DNA of 55,545 bases. Origin: Candidatus Roizmanbacteria bacterium GW2011_GWA2_37_7 (GTDB lineage Bacteria; Patescibacteriota; Microgenomatia; UBA1406; GWC2-37-13). The position numbers and the translations under genes are program-made. The stretch spans positions 1 through 55,545 of the forward strand of contig LBTJ01000001.1 of assembly GCA_000990445.1 (NCBI GenBank). Reading direction: 5' to 3'. Below, piece after piece: positions 7,063 through 14,780 of this stretch. Within the stretch, counting starts at the first letter, position 1. Every line of letters begins with the position of its first letter. The notes under the pieces were generated by a model. It was given only the letters and a program-made list of their open reading frames with translations, ran no database searches and was not told the DNA's origin.

Positions 7063-8841
7063 TTATTCTATCAATCTTTTTTCTTCTTCTGAAGCAACTA
7101 CCTGAAAACCGACATGAGACTGTCCGGCAAAGAAAAGCCCTTCTCCAATCCCTGCAGAAAGCAAAAAATGTTTTTCTCCTCCTGTCAGGTAAAATGTTTT
7201 GGTAATGCGGTCTACTGCAGCTGTTGATTGTTTGAGAATAATCTGAAGACTTGAGTTTGTGATGATTGCCTTTCCTTCGTCTGTTGCCAAAAAATCCTCA
7301 ACGTCTTGCGTGATCGTGGTCATGCCAAGTTTATATTTTCTCGCACGTTTTGCAAAATTATGAAGATATGCTCCTGAGTCTTTATTTTTTATAAGATACC
7401 ATGCCTCATCAACGATCAACACTCGTTTCCGATGTTCACCGCGTCGCACGCGATGCCATATATAGTCAAGGATAATATACATTGCTACGGGCCGTAAATT
7501 TTCCTCCAAATCGCGAATTCCAAACACGGTAAATGTATTTTTAATATCAAAGTTCGAGTGGTTATTAAAAATTCCTGCTGCCGACCCTTCCACAAATTTC
7601 TCAAGCCTATCAGCAAGTTCCCTTGCCTCAATCGCCTCCATGCCGATCAAAATCTTATACAAATCTTCAAGAAGCGGCGGTTCTTTCATAAATGTTTCAG
7701 GCTCCTGGGTGATTCCTTTTTCCCGGTATGTTAATACAAGCGCCCGGTCAAGCAGCGCGTCTTGAGAAGGGGTTAGTTCTCCCATAATAACCTTCATGAG
7801 TGAGTGCAAATCAAGAATTTTGTTTGGAAGCTCATCTGGTTCTGGATTTTCGTCGTTCAAATCAAATGGATTGAGCTTATACTCTGAGCTTGCTGAAAAA
7901 TCTACAAATTCTCCGCCTAAATTTTTACAAAGCGTTCTGTACTCATTCTCAGGGTCAAGAATAATAACGTCAACATCCATCATCAAAAGCCTCAAAGCCT
8001 CAAGTTTCACCATAAAACTTTTTCCTCCTCCTGACTTTCCTAAAATCACTGCATTTGCATTCTCGAGAGTAAAACGATCAAAAATAATTAAGCTTCCGTC
8101 GTGCTGATTGATACCGTACATGACCCCTTCGTTTCGGGTAAGAGAGGCTGTTGAAAATGGAAATGTCATAGCAAGTGAAGTCGTGTCCATATTCCGCCAT
8201 ATCTGAAGTTGATCTCGGAACATCGGTAAAGTGGACTTAAATCCTTCTTCTTGCTCAAGCGTCGCTTGTTTTGAAACAATAAGAAGTGACGACAGCGTTG
8301 AGTCGATCTCTTTGGTCACACTATTGAGCTCTGCCTCGGTGTCGGCAGGTACTGTGATATAGAGTGCAAACTGGAAAAACCGCTCTGCACCTTTTGCAAG
8401 CTCAGCTTGAAGAGAAAGCGCATCGTCAAGCGCAACCTGCACAGTCGGGTCTATCACTTTTCCTGCTTTTATATCACTTTCAACTGTTGCCTGCATCTCA
8501 GCAATTTTCCTCTTCAGTTCATTGAGAATGGCTTTTGATTCCGAAGGATAAATAAACATTGAGATGTTGAGCGGATGATCGTAGGTGATAAGCGAGTTCA
8601 TCCAGTTTGCCGAAACATAGCGCGGATATCCAACTACAAACAATGTCCGATAATATTTCGCGTCGATTTTAATATGATTAAAATCTACCTCAACATATGA
8701 AGGGGCGACAATATCTCTGATTGCCACATCGCCTTTGGACAACACATCAGCTACTTTGAGAACGCCACCGGGGATATTGCTTTTGTTTGCGTCCTTATTA
8801 CTATCTTTCTTGTTTATTTTATTTTTATTATTGAATAACAT
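7063..8841 (-). CDS. virB4: VirB4/TraC-like type IV secretion ATPase, C-terminal major part of an apparently split VirB4
   Basis: 592 aa with Walker A GKSGGGKSF and Walker B RVLIVDEAW. YYRTLFVVGYPRYV and the TTITQDVEDF region resemble Gram-positive VirB4 homologues (PrgJ/Orf16-like). Confidence 0.8.
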   Translation of the reverse strand: MLFNNKNKINKKDSNKDANKSNIPGGVLKVADVLSKGDVAIRDIVAPSYVEVDFNHIKIDAKYYRTLFVVGYPRYVSANWMNSLITYDHPLNISMFIYPSESKAILNELKRKIAEMQATVESDIKAGKVIDPTVQVALDDALSLQAELAKGAERFFQFALYITVPADTEAELNSVTKEIDSTLSSLLIVSKQATLEQEEGFKSTLPMFRDQLQIWRNMDTTSLAMTFPFSTASLTRNEGVMYGINQHDGSLIIFDRFTLENANAVILGKSGGGKSFMVKLEALRLLMMDVDVIILDPENEYRTLCKNLGGEFVDFSASSEYKLNPFDLNDENPEPDELPNKILDLHSLMKVIMGELTPSQDALLDRALVLTYREKGITQEPETFMKEPPLLEDLYKILIGMEAIEARELADRLEKFVEGSAAGIFNNHSNFDIKNTFTVFGIRDLEENLRPVAMYIILDYIWHRVRRGEHRKRVLIVDEAWYLIKNKDSGAYLHNFAKRARKYKLGMTTITQDVEDFLATDEGKAIITNSSLQIILKQSTAAVDRITKTFYLTGGEKHFLLSAGIGEGLFFAGQSHVGFQVVASEEEKRLIE

Positions 8842-8851
8842 AGTATTCGGA

Positions 8852-9508
8852 CTATCCGCTTGTCAACACCACATCGGTATAACTGTCTACAGGCGCCAGC
8901 TGCTTTCCGACATTTGATGGATTATAGATGTTGTAAAACAACTCAGTCATCTCTTGCTGTTGGAGCACTGATGGCTTTAAACCAACTTTTGCCAAAAGTC
9001 GAAGCAAATGATCCCGTTTTGGATATAATGATGTTTTTGCTCTGTTAAAAATATATTCTTTGCCGTAGTTTTTTGCCTTCACACCGCTTACACCCATCTC
9101 CAGCGGATTAAACGGAACAGCAAAAAAGAACCGCTTTTCCATGACAGTATTTTTTTTGACAATCATTTTGATAAACTCGCGATACTCTTCAAGACGGGAC
9201 CGTATTATTTCATTGCGTTGCGTATCGATTTTTGACTCTAAATACTCCAAGTATGATGAAATATTCATCATTTTTGAGATGATCACAATCTGAACAGGAA
9301 ACGACAAGGAATTCAAAAGGCTTCCATACATATAGATCATCGACATCTGATCTTCGGTCGACAACAGCCAAAAATTGACCGCGCCCACCTCAATAATTGT
9401 TACCGCTGAATAATCCCTCATAAGCATGATGTCGTCTTTGATCTCATCAATCTCAATAAATGACTGTGTTGTTGATTTTTTTGGAGAAGTTGGTTTTGTT
9501 TTTGACAT
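8852..9508 (-). CDS. VirB4 N-terminal-domain-like protein, the separate first part of the VirB4 homologue
   Basis: 218 aa. FIEIDEIKDDIMLMRDYSAVTIIEVGAVNFWLLSTEDQMSMIYMYGSLLNSLSFPVQIVI mirrors the N-terminus of single-chain Gram-positive VirB4 proteins. It ends with TAG 10 nt before the ATG of 7063..8841. Confidence 0.55.
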   Translation of the reverse strand: MSKTKPTSPKKSTTQSFIEIDEIKDDIMLMRDYSAVTIIEVGAVNFWLLSTEDQMSMIYMYGSLLNSLSFPVQIVIISKMMNISSYLEYLESKIDTQRNEIIRSRLEEYREFIKMIVKKNTVMEKRFFFAVPFNPLEMGVSGVKAKNYGKEYIFNRAKTSLYPKRDHLLRLLAKVGLKPSVLQQQEMTELFYNIYNPSNVGKQLAPVDSYTDVVLTSG

Positions 9509-10341
9509 TATAAAATTTCCTTTGAATAAAACTGCAATGGCTTTTGTTTGTCAGAATCAATCTGCACATTCATTGTATCAAAAAAGTAGTTTCCTTTTGG
9601 ATCGCTGATCTCAAATTGGTACTCCCCTGGTGACAAAGGGCTGTATGTTGCAAATATTCCATGTGGATTCGTCTTCAGAAGCCGAAGCTGATTACCATCT
9701 GTATCTTTGATCGAAACCAGCGTGCCTGGGAGTGGGATTTGCTTTCTGTTTTTGATGACCCCGGTCACAAAAGGTTGTTTTATTATGTCCGGTTGGGAAG
9801 CTTTTGATTGCGTTGAAAGCGAAACATCTGCTTTTTTTATTTTGGACGGATCTATGTTTTTCGTCTGCTGTAATAAATCGTTGATATGAATTTGTTGTTT
9901 TTTTGATCGCGTACTGATTGACGTGTCTATATCTCTGTCTGTATTTTTTTTACTTTGTAAGTACTTATCTAGTTTTTCTTTTGTCTCTATATGAGTCATC
10001 GCAAGATGAGGATCAGAGGTAAAATATAGGTTTTCAAGGGTTTTGATGGTGTCCCTTTGCTTTTTAAAAACATACTGCGTTGGAGAGTTTATGCGCTTGA
10101 TAAAGTTTTTCATCCAGACCTCAAGCGGCCGATCCTGAATAGGAATAAATGCAAAAGCAAGCCCTACAGCTCCAACCAAAACCCCCAAAAGAATATTTAC
10201 ATATAATATTGGGATAACTTTGTACACAATAAAACCTATGGGAAAAAAAATGACTAGATACAAAAACTGACGCAATGTCATAAATCCGATAAGCTTGAAC
10301 TCAAATGTAGTGATCTGTCGTGGTACAGGGTGCTGGTCCAT
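9508..10341 (-). CDS. PrgI-family (VirB3-like) membrane protein with a C-terminal carboxypeptidase-regulatory-like beta-sandwich
   Basis: 277 aa. The N-terminal VPRQITTFEFKLIGFMTLRQFLYL plus two transmembrane helices is the PrgI signature. The C-terminal GVIKNRKQIPLPGTLVSIKDTDGNQ...GEYQFEI is CarboxypepD_reg-like. Its stop overlaps the next start as TAATG. Confidence 0.65.
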   Translation of the reverse strand: MDQHPVPRQITTFEFKLIGFMTLRQFLYLVIFFPIGFIVYKVIPILYVNILLGVLVGAVGLAFAFIPIQDRPLEVWMKNFIKRINSPTQYVFKKQRDTIKTLENLYFTSDPHLAMTHIETKEKLDKYLQSKKNTDRDIDTSISTRSKKQQIHINDLLQQTKNIDPSKIKKADVSLSTQSKASQPDIIKQPFVTGVIKNRKQIPLPGTLVSIKDTDGNQLRLLKTNPHGIFATYSPLSPGEYQFEISDPKGNYFFDTMNVQIDSDKQKPLQFYSKEIL

Positions 10342-10371
10342 ATTCTTTAGTATAGCGTATATCGTTTAGCG

Positions 10372-10671
10372 TTACACATTTGAAAGTGCTTCTTTCACAA
10401 GCGCATCAGCCTCAGTGTTTTTATCACGAAGAACATGTTTGTAGGATATGGGAAGTCCCAGTTCTATCTCAAGAAGTTTAACTTGTAAATGTAATGGCAA
10501 CGTCGCAATCTCATCCAAAAACTGACTGGGTAAACTCTGAAGATATACGGTGCGGTCCGTGGATGTGTAGGCATTCAACTGAGTACCCCCCAGACGTGTC
10601 ACGCGCAAGTCAAACTCTCCAACGCAGTATGTTTTTAAAAAGCAAAGGGAAGTGTAGATAGTGAGTTTCAT
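10372..10671 (-). CDS. RNase H-like (RVT_3/RnhA-type) protein, short and probably degenerate
   Basis: 99 aa. The C-terminal YKHVLRDKNTEADALVKEAL matches the RNase HI C-terminal motif and the start LTIYTS resembles IYTDGA. The protein is about 30 aa shorter than the family and the DEDD residues were not recognisable. Confidence 0.35.
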   Translation of the reverse strand: MKLTIYTSLCFLKTYCVGEFDLRVTRLGGTQLNAYTSTDRTVYLQSLPSQFLDEIATLPLHLQVKLLEIELGLPISYKHVLRDKNTEADALVKEALSNV

Positions 10672-10684
10672 GCAGACAAGTATA

Positions 10685-11548
10685 TCAAAGCTCCCCCAAC
10701 TTTTCTTTTCTCTCCGCCTCTTGTTTCACAAGATTGAGAAAGCGTTCGGTTGAAGATATACGTCGATGACCAACAATATTTGAAATATATTCAAGTGTAG
10801 AACCATTTCGCAACTGATGTGCAATAAAGGTATTCCGAAGATCGTTGACAGTCGCATTCTCTATTCCAACTTCCTGAAAACATCTATCAATAATCTGCCG
10901 TATGTTTCGAATCAAAAGTTGCTTGCCGGTGCGAGTGATGAATACATGATCTGATGCACCATTATTTCCCCTTTCCTGAACATAATTGGCAAGGGCTTGT
11001 TTTACCGCGTTGTTCAGTGGTATTTCTCGTTCAATATTTTTGCCATATTTTCTAATGTGTAGCATGTCGTCTTTGATATCTTCAAGTTGAAGTGTTGCGA
11101 GCTCGCCGATTTTCATACCGGTCTGAAGGAGCGTCTCAACAAGCGCATAGGTACGGATATCTTCTTTTGCAACATCACGAAGCGCTCTATACTCCATTTT
11201 GCTTAAAATACGTGGCGGGGTTTGGGTGTATTTTGGATGAGAGATATCAAACGCTGGGTTTGCAGTAATAACATCTTCATGTTTGAGAAATCGGAAAAAT
11301 GTCCGGATTGAGTTGAGTTTTCTTGAGGCAGATTTTTTTGTGTATTTCTTTTCAAGAAGATTTTGAATAAAGCCCTCAATATCATCTTTCCGAACATCAC
11401 GAATATCGGTTTTCTCGCGTCCCGCAAGATATCCGATAAACTGCTCAATATCTTTTTTGTAAGCTACAATGGTAAATTTTGATTTTCCTTGATCCTTTAG
11501 GAAGGCGACAAATCGTTCCAAAAGCTTTGGAAGAAAGTATTCATCCAT
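10685..11548 (-). CDS. xerC: Tyrosine recombinase XerC/XerD family
   Basis: 287 aa. Has an N-terminal SAM-like core-binding domain (FLKDQGKSKFTIVAYKKDIEQF) and a C-terminal catalytic region with ...HQLRNG...LEYISNIVGHRRISSTERF. Confidence 0.8.
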   Translation of the reverse strand: MDEYFLPKLLERFVAFLKDQGKSKFTIVAYKKDIEQFIGYLAGREKTDIRDVRKDDIEGFIQNLLEKKYTKKSASRKLNSIRTFFRFLKHEDVITANPAFDISHPKYTQTPPRILSKMEYRALRDVAKEDIRTYALVETLLQTGMKIGELATLQLEDIKDDMLHIRKYGKNIEREIPLNNAVKQALANYVQERGNNGASDHVFITRTGKQLLIRNIRQIIDRCFQEVGIENATVNDLRNTFIAHQLRNGSTLEYISNIVGHRRISSTERFLNLVKQEAERKEKLGEL

Positions 11549-11742
11549 ATGAGCCTATAATATAGCATAGACTAAAACAAATAGCAACTTGTATATTATC
11601 ATATATATGTGTATTTAATAAGTAATTGATTGATTAATATTTTTTTTAATCAACATAAAAAATAATGACATCATTGTCTCTTCACATCAAGCATTTTTAT
11701 TTTGTCACGATATATTGCTGTACTTTATGATCGTGGTTGGAG

Positions 11743-11771
11743 TTGAACACTGTCTCGTTCAGAGGTACAAT
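11743..11771 (+). promoter_or_regulatory. Sigma-70-type promoter candidate for trxA
   Basis: TTGAAC at 11743-11748, a 17-nt spacer, then TACAAT at 11766-11771. It lies 34 nt upstream of the trxA ATG. Confidence 0.45.
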
Positions 11772-11804
11772 GTGACATTTGTTACTATTTACTCAATGTA
11801 ATGT

Positions 11805-12128
11805 ATGGCCGTACTATCGTCTTCGCAAGACTCGTTTCAAAAAGATGTTCTTGACGGAAAAGGATTTGTTTTTGTTGATTTTTATGCTGACTGGTGTGGA
11901 CCGTGCAAAATGACATCACCAATTATTGACGAACTTGCAAAAACAATGAAAGAAGTGAAATTTGTCAAAGTGAATGTAGACGAAAATCAACAATTAGCTG
12001 GTCAATACTCAGTCTTTTCTATCCCAACTTTCATGATCTTCAAAAATGGAGCAATGAAGAATCAGTTTGTGGGAGCCCATAGCAAAGAAGGATTTGAAGA
12101 GGAAATAAAGAAAGTGATGAATGCATAA
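11805..12128 (+). CDS. trxA: Thioredoxin
   Basis: 107 aa with the WCGPCK active site and typical thioredoxin length and flanks (FVDFYADWCGPCKM...VDENQQLAGQYSVFSIPT). Confidence 0.92.
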   Translation: MAVLSSSQDSFQKDVLDGKGFVFVDFYADWCGPCKMTSPIIDELAKTMKEVKFVKVNVDENQQLAGQYSVFSIPTFMIFKNGAMKNQFVGAHSKEGFEEEIKKVMNA

Positions 12129-12158
12129 AATAGACAAAGTGTCGGGAGAAGGATCTAT

Positions 12159-12653
12159 TTATCTCTGAATCATAACTCTTACCACATGTCCATGAATTTT
12201 TTTTAAGGTGAGGTGCGCTTGTTTTAGCATAAAAAATGCGATTTCAGCAAGCCACCGGAAAGAAGACGAGATGGGTTTATGCAGTCCCTCAACAACTTTT
12301 TCGTCAGCAATCGGTAGCTTGACCTTATGTTTTTGGTCAAGTGATGAACTGTCAATTGATTGAAGGCCGGCTTTTTTGAGTTCAGGATGAATTTCAGGCT
12401 GATCACGAGCAACCTCAACAAACTTCTTGACCTCCCTATCCTCGATGGTCGGCTCTGTTTCAACCAGAGTTACTTCCGGAGACGGCAGTGCTTCTGATAC
12501 AATTTCTATCGGCTCCCCTTCTTTAGTGACCCTGACTGTTTGTTGTTTTTTATTGTCGTCAATAAGATGCTTAATCGAGGTATGATTTATTCCTTGTAGC
12601 GCGGCTTGTTGTACTTTTTGTTTTTGATCGTCGGTCATATATTTAGTGTACAT
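12159..12653 (-). CDS. Hypothetical protein; start trimmed to the first ATG that does not overlap the upstream gene
   Basis: The ORF-track entry 12159..12788 overlaps the 3' end of 12664..13974 by 125 nt. The ATG at 12653 (MYTKYMTDDQ...) removes the overlap. No recognisable domain, and the C-terminus is amphipathic (FRWLAEIAFFMLKQAHL). Confidence 0.5.
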   Translation of the reverse strand: MYTKYMTDDQKQKVQQAALQGINHTSIKHLIDDNKKQQTVRVTKEGEPIEIVSEALPSPEVTLVETEPTIEDREVKKFVEVARDQPEIHPELKKAGLQSIDSSSLDQKHKVKLPIADEKVVEGLHKPISSSFRWLAEIAFFMLKQAHLTLKKIHGHVVRVMIQR

Positions 12654-12663
12654 GAAATTATAC

Positions 12664-13974
12664 TTATTTTTTATTCGACGGACATCGTTTATTGCCACAA
12701 ATATATGTCTTATCATCAAGCTGCAGATTGCCTTTTTTATTTTGGCAATGAGGACATGTGACACATACTTCTTTTGACTTTCCACCAATCAATTGCATAC
12801 TATCAACTATTGAATACCCCCCCTGAACAAGGTTTGTTAATGTGTCCATTTCTGCCATCTGTGTCACAGGACAAGAAGATCCAGATATAGTAAGTTCCTG
12901 ATACTTAGCCATGCTTCCTGCAAACAAATATAATGTTCGTGGGTCTGAAATATCATACTTAAATACTTTCATTTGTTTTGCATCTTGCGCAAAACGATAT
13001 TCATCGGTTTTTTCCTGTCTTAATGTGCGGTTTATGATCCGCGCTGTATTAAACATTGCACCAATAAGTTGCTTTCCTTTTTCTTCAAGATCGTTGAATA
13101 CAGCATCGCCTTTATTTAATGTACGCATGTTCATTTTATGGATAACTCTCATATATTCCTCAAGCCATGGTCTAATATATGGCAATACTTTGTGTCTGAA
13201 CTGTTCGGAATATACGATATCTTGTTCATGTATCCCAACCAAATCATACAGATACGCAAGGTCTTCGTCTTTTTGTGAGTTGTAGAGTATTGGATTATGA
13301 AGAAAGTCTATATCAGACGTTGGTCGAGAAGTTTGGGCACCGATCAAAGCATTCATCTTCTGAAAAATTTCTTTACTTCTGTATGTTGTGTTTCGTGGCT
13401 CATCATACCGAATTAATAACTCACGCATTGGTCTTCCGTTGAGTGCCTTATCATACTCATCTACCATAAACACAAATGCAAATCCATAGTCTGCAAATTT
13501 TGGAGGCGAAACCCATAATGCACGGTTGCACGAGCTAGTAAGCCCCTCTGATATTTTGTCAAGACCTTGTCCTTCATGCCATTCACGCGATCCATATCCC
13601 GCCGTTGCAGCGGCGTGGCGATACATATCGCTCACATTTGTCCCAACCATTTCCAAAACTCCATCGCTTCGCACAATTCCTGATAATTTTTTTACTCCTA
13701 CATTCCCTGCAAACTCTTCAAGATACGATAGGACATTTTCTGAAATATAATAATTTTGTTGTTCTTGAGTAAGATGAGCTAATTTTTGTATTCGTTCCGC
13801 GTCGTTTTTTGGAGAATATGATTCAAAAATTGATCGCTCATCTTCTGCCATATGGGCTTCGGCTCGTTGCCAGATTGGAATCGATGCTTCATAGTCGGCT
13901 CGAGAAACAATAAAATCAGACTCAAAAGGAAGCGCTTTATAGTAATTAATTTGAGGAGACTCAACAAATGACAT
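12664..13974 (-). CDS. Hypothetical 436-aa protein with a C-terminal Cys4 zinc ribbon
   Basis: Long ATG ORF. The C-terminus is CVTCPHCQNKKGNLQLDDKTYICGNKRCP. The rest was not recognised. Confidence 0.65.
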   Translation of the reverse strand: MSFVESPQINYYKALPFESDFIVSRADYEASIPIWQRAEAHMAEDERSIFESYSPKNDAERIQKLAHLTQEQQNYYISENVLSYLEEFAGNVGVKKLSGIVRSDGVLEMVGTNVSDMYRHAAATAGYGSREWHEGQGLDKISEGLTSSCNRALWVSPPKFADYGFAFVFMVDEYDKALNGRPMRELLIRYDEPRNTTYRSKEIFQKMNALIGAQTSRPTSDIDFLHNPILYNSQKDEDLAYLYDLVGIHEQDIVYSEQFRHKVLPYIRPWLEEYMRVIHKMNMRTLNKGDAVFNDLEEKGKQLIGAMFNTARIINRTLRQEKTDEYRFAQDAKQMKVFKYDISDPRTLYLFAGSMAKYQELTISGSSCPVTQMAEMDTLTNLVQGGYSIVDSMQLIGGKSKEVCVTCPHCQNKKGNLQLDDKTYICGNKRCPSNKK

Positions 13975-14189
13975 ATGATTCCCTGCTCGGGGCCAGGTAC
14001 CATACGGGACCTGCTTTGGGGGTTTGGTCGGTCTTCGGACTCTTCGACTCGCTTCGCTCGCTCAGAGCAAGCTTAAGAAACGATTCAAATTACCGCTGCG
14101 GCACAGTTGCTGATTTACACAGCATTCCCGTTTTGAAAGGGCGTCTTCCCATCCCGACGTAACGTCGGGAAAGTGACGTTCACCAAACC
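13975..14189 (-). promoter_or_regulatory. GC-rich structured 5' leader, a candidate riboswitch or cis-regulatory RNA of unclassified type
   Basis: A ~215-nt GC-rich island in AT-rich DNA abuts the ATG at 13974. A closing helix pairs GGUUUGGU with ACCAAACC about 150 nt apart. Perfect hairpins include CCCGACG-UUA-CGUCGGG, UGCUG-UGUAAAU-CAGCA and GUC-CGAA-GAC. A 3' CCCC/GGG helix overlaps the AGGGA Shine-Dalgarno-like site. Confidence 0.5.
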
Positions 14190-14282
14190 AATAATTATTA
14201 AAGTATCCATAGAATACTCTGAAAGAGTTCATAATTCAAGCGTGATACAATAAATTTGTGGGAAAAGTGCATCTTCCGTATA

Positions 14283-14709
14283 TCAGACTTCTTTCATAGC
14301 AACTTCTTGTTTTGAGTATTTGCGTGCGAGTATAAATAAAAGATCTGACAACCTATTGAGATATCGAAGTATAATGTCATCATTTTTAACTTTTTTATTT
14401 TTATTATTAATATACTGAACTATTCTTCGTTCTGCTGACCGTACTATTGTCCGGGCAACATGTAGCCTAGCTGTTTGTTCTGATCCCTGTGGAAGAACAA
14501 ATCGAATCAGTTTTGGCAATATGGTTTCTCGTTGTTGTATAGATTTTTCTATATAGGTAAGATTGTTCACTACCTGTTTCGCGTCGAGTTTTGCTCCGGA
14601 AAGATATGCCATGATCAAATATAAATGGAATTGGATCGTTTTTTTTAACTCGAGTACCACCAAAAAGTGCTGTGGTTCCATCATCTCCTGTTTTTGTTGT
14701 AATACTCAT
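14283..14709 (-). pseudogene. pduO: PduO-type ATP:cob(I)alamin adenosyltransferase with an internal deletion plus frameshift
   Basis: The N-terminal frame gives MSITTKTGDDGTTALFGGTRVKKNDPI. The C-terminal frame gives IQFHLYLIMAYLSG...LPQGSEQTARLHVARTIVRSAERR...RYLNRLSDLLFILAR. The two frames meet near 14629-14633 and the expected EAYGTIDELNS segment is absent. Confidence 0.65.
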
Positions 14710-14780
14710 GTGAATAACTTCAATTCAAATAAACCATTATCTATCTTCATGCCGTTTTCTCTATTATAATCAAGATAGCA

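Noticed and set aside
5362-11548. Interpreting xerC plus PrgI/VirB4 as an integrative conjugative element
   Set aside because: No relaxase, coupling protein or att repeats are visible. The cluster runs directly into the core gene PBP2, and Xer-type recombinases are housekeeping genes. It was kept as a T4SS-like envelope cluster instead.
12654-12788. Upstream extension of ORF 12159..12788
   Set aside because: It would overlap the 3' end of 12664..13974 by 125 nt in another frame. The extension is low-complexity (MVESQKKYVSHVLIAKIKKAICSLMIRHIF...), so the internal ATG at 12653 was used instead.
13968-14162. 64-aa plus-strand ORF inside the GC-rich leader
   Set aside because: It has no start context, its composition reflects the GC-rich structured RNA, and it lies antisense to the operon. 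It is probably spurious.
13975-14189. Tried to classify the GC-rich leader as a cobalamin riboswitch (because of neighbouring B12-related genes), T-box, SRP RNA, RNase P RNA, tmRNA or 6S RNA
   Set aside because: The only resemblances are GGGAA followed by a hairpin with a UGUAAAUC loop (cobalamin P4-like) and a UGGUACC heptamer. The B12 box (GCCACUG), the CCCGC-ACUGU segment, the SRP GGAA/AGCAGC motif, RNase P CR-I and tmRNA ends are all absent. The size is wrong for RNase P and tmRNA. It is left as unclassified.
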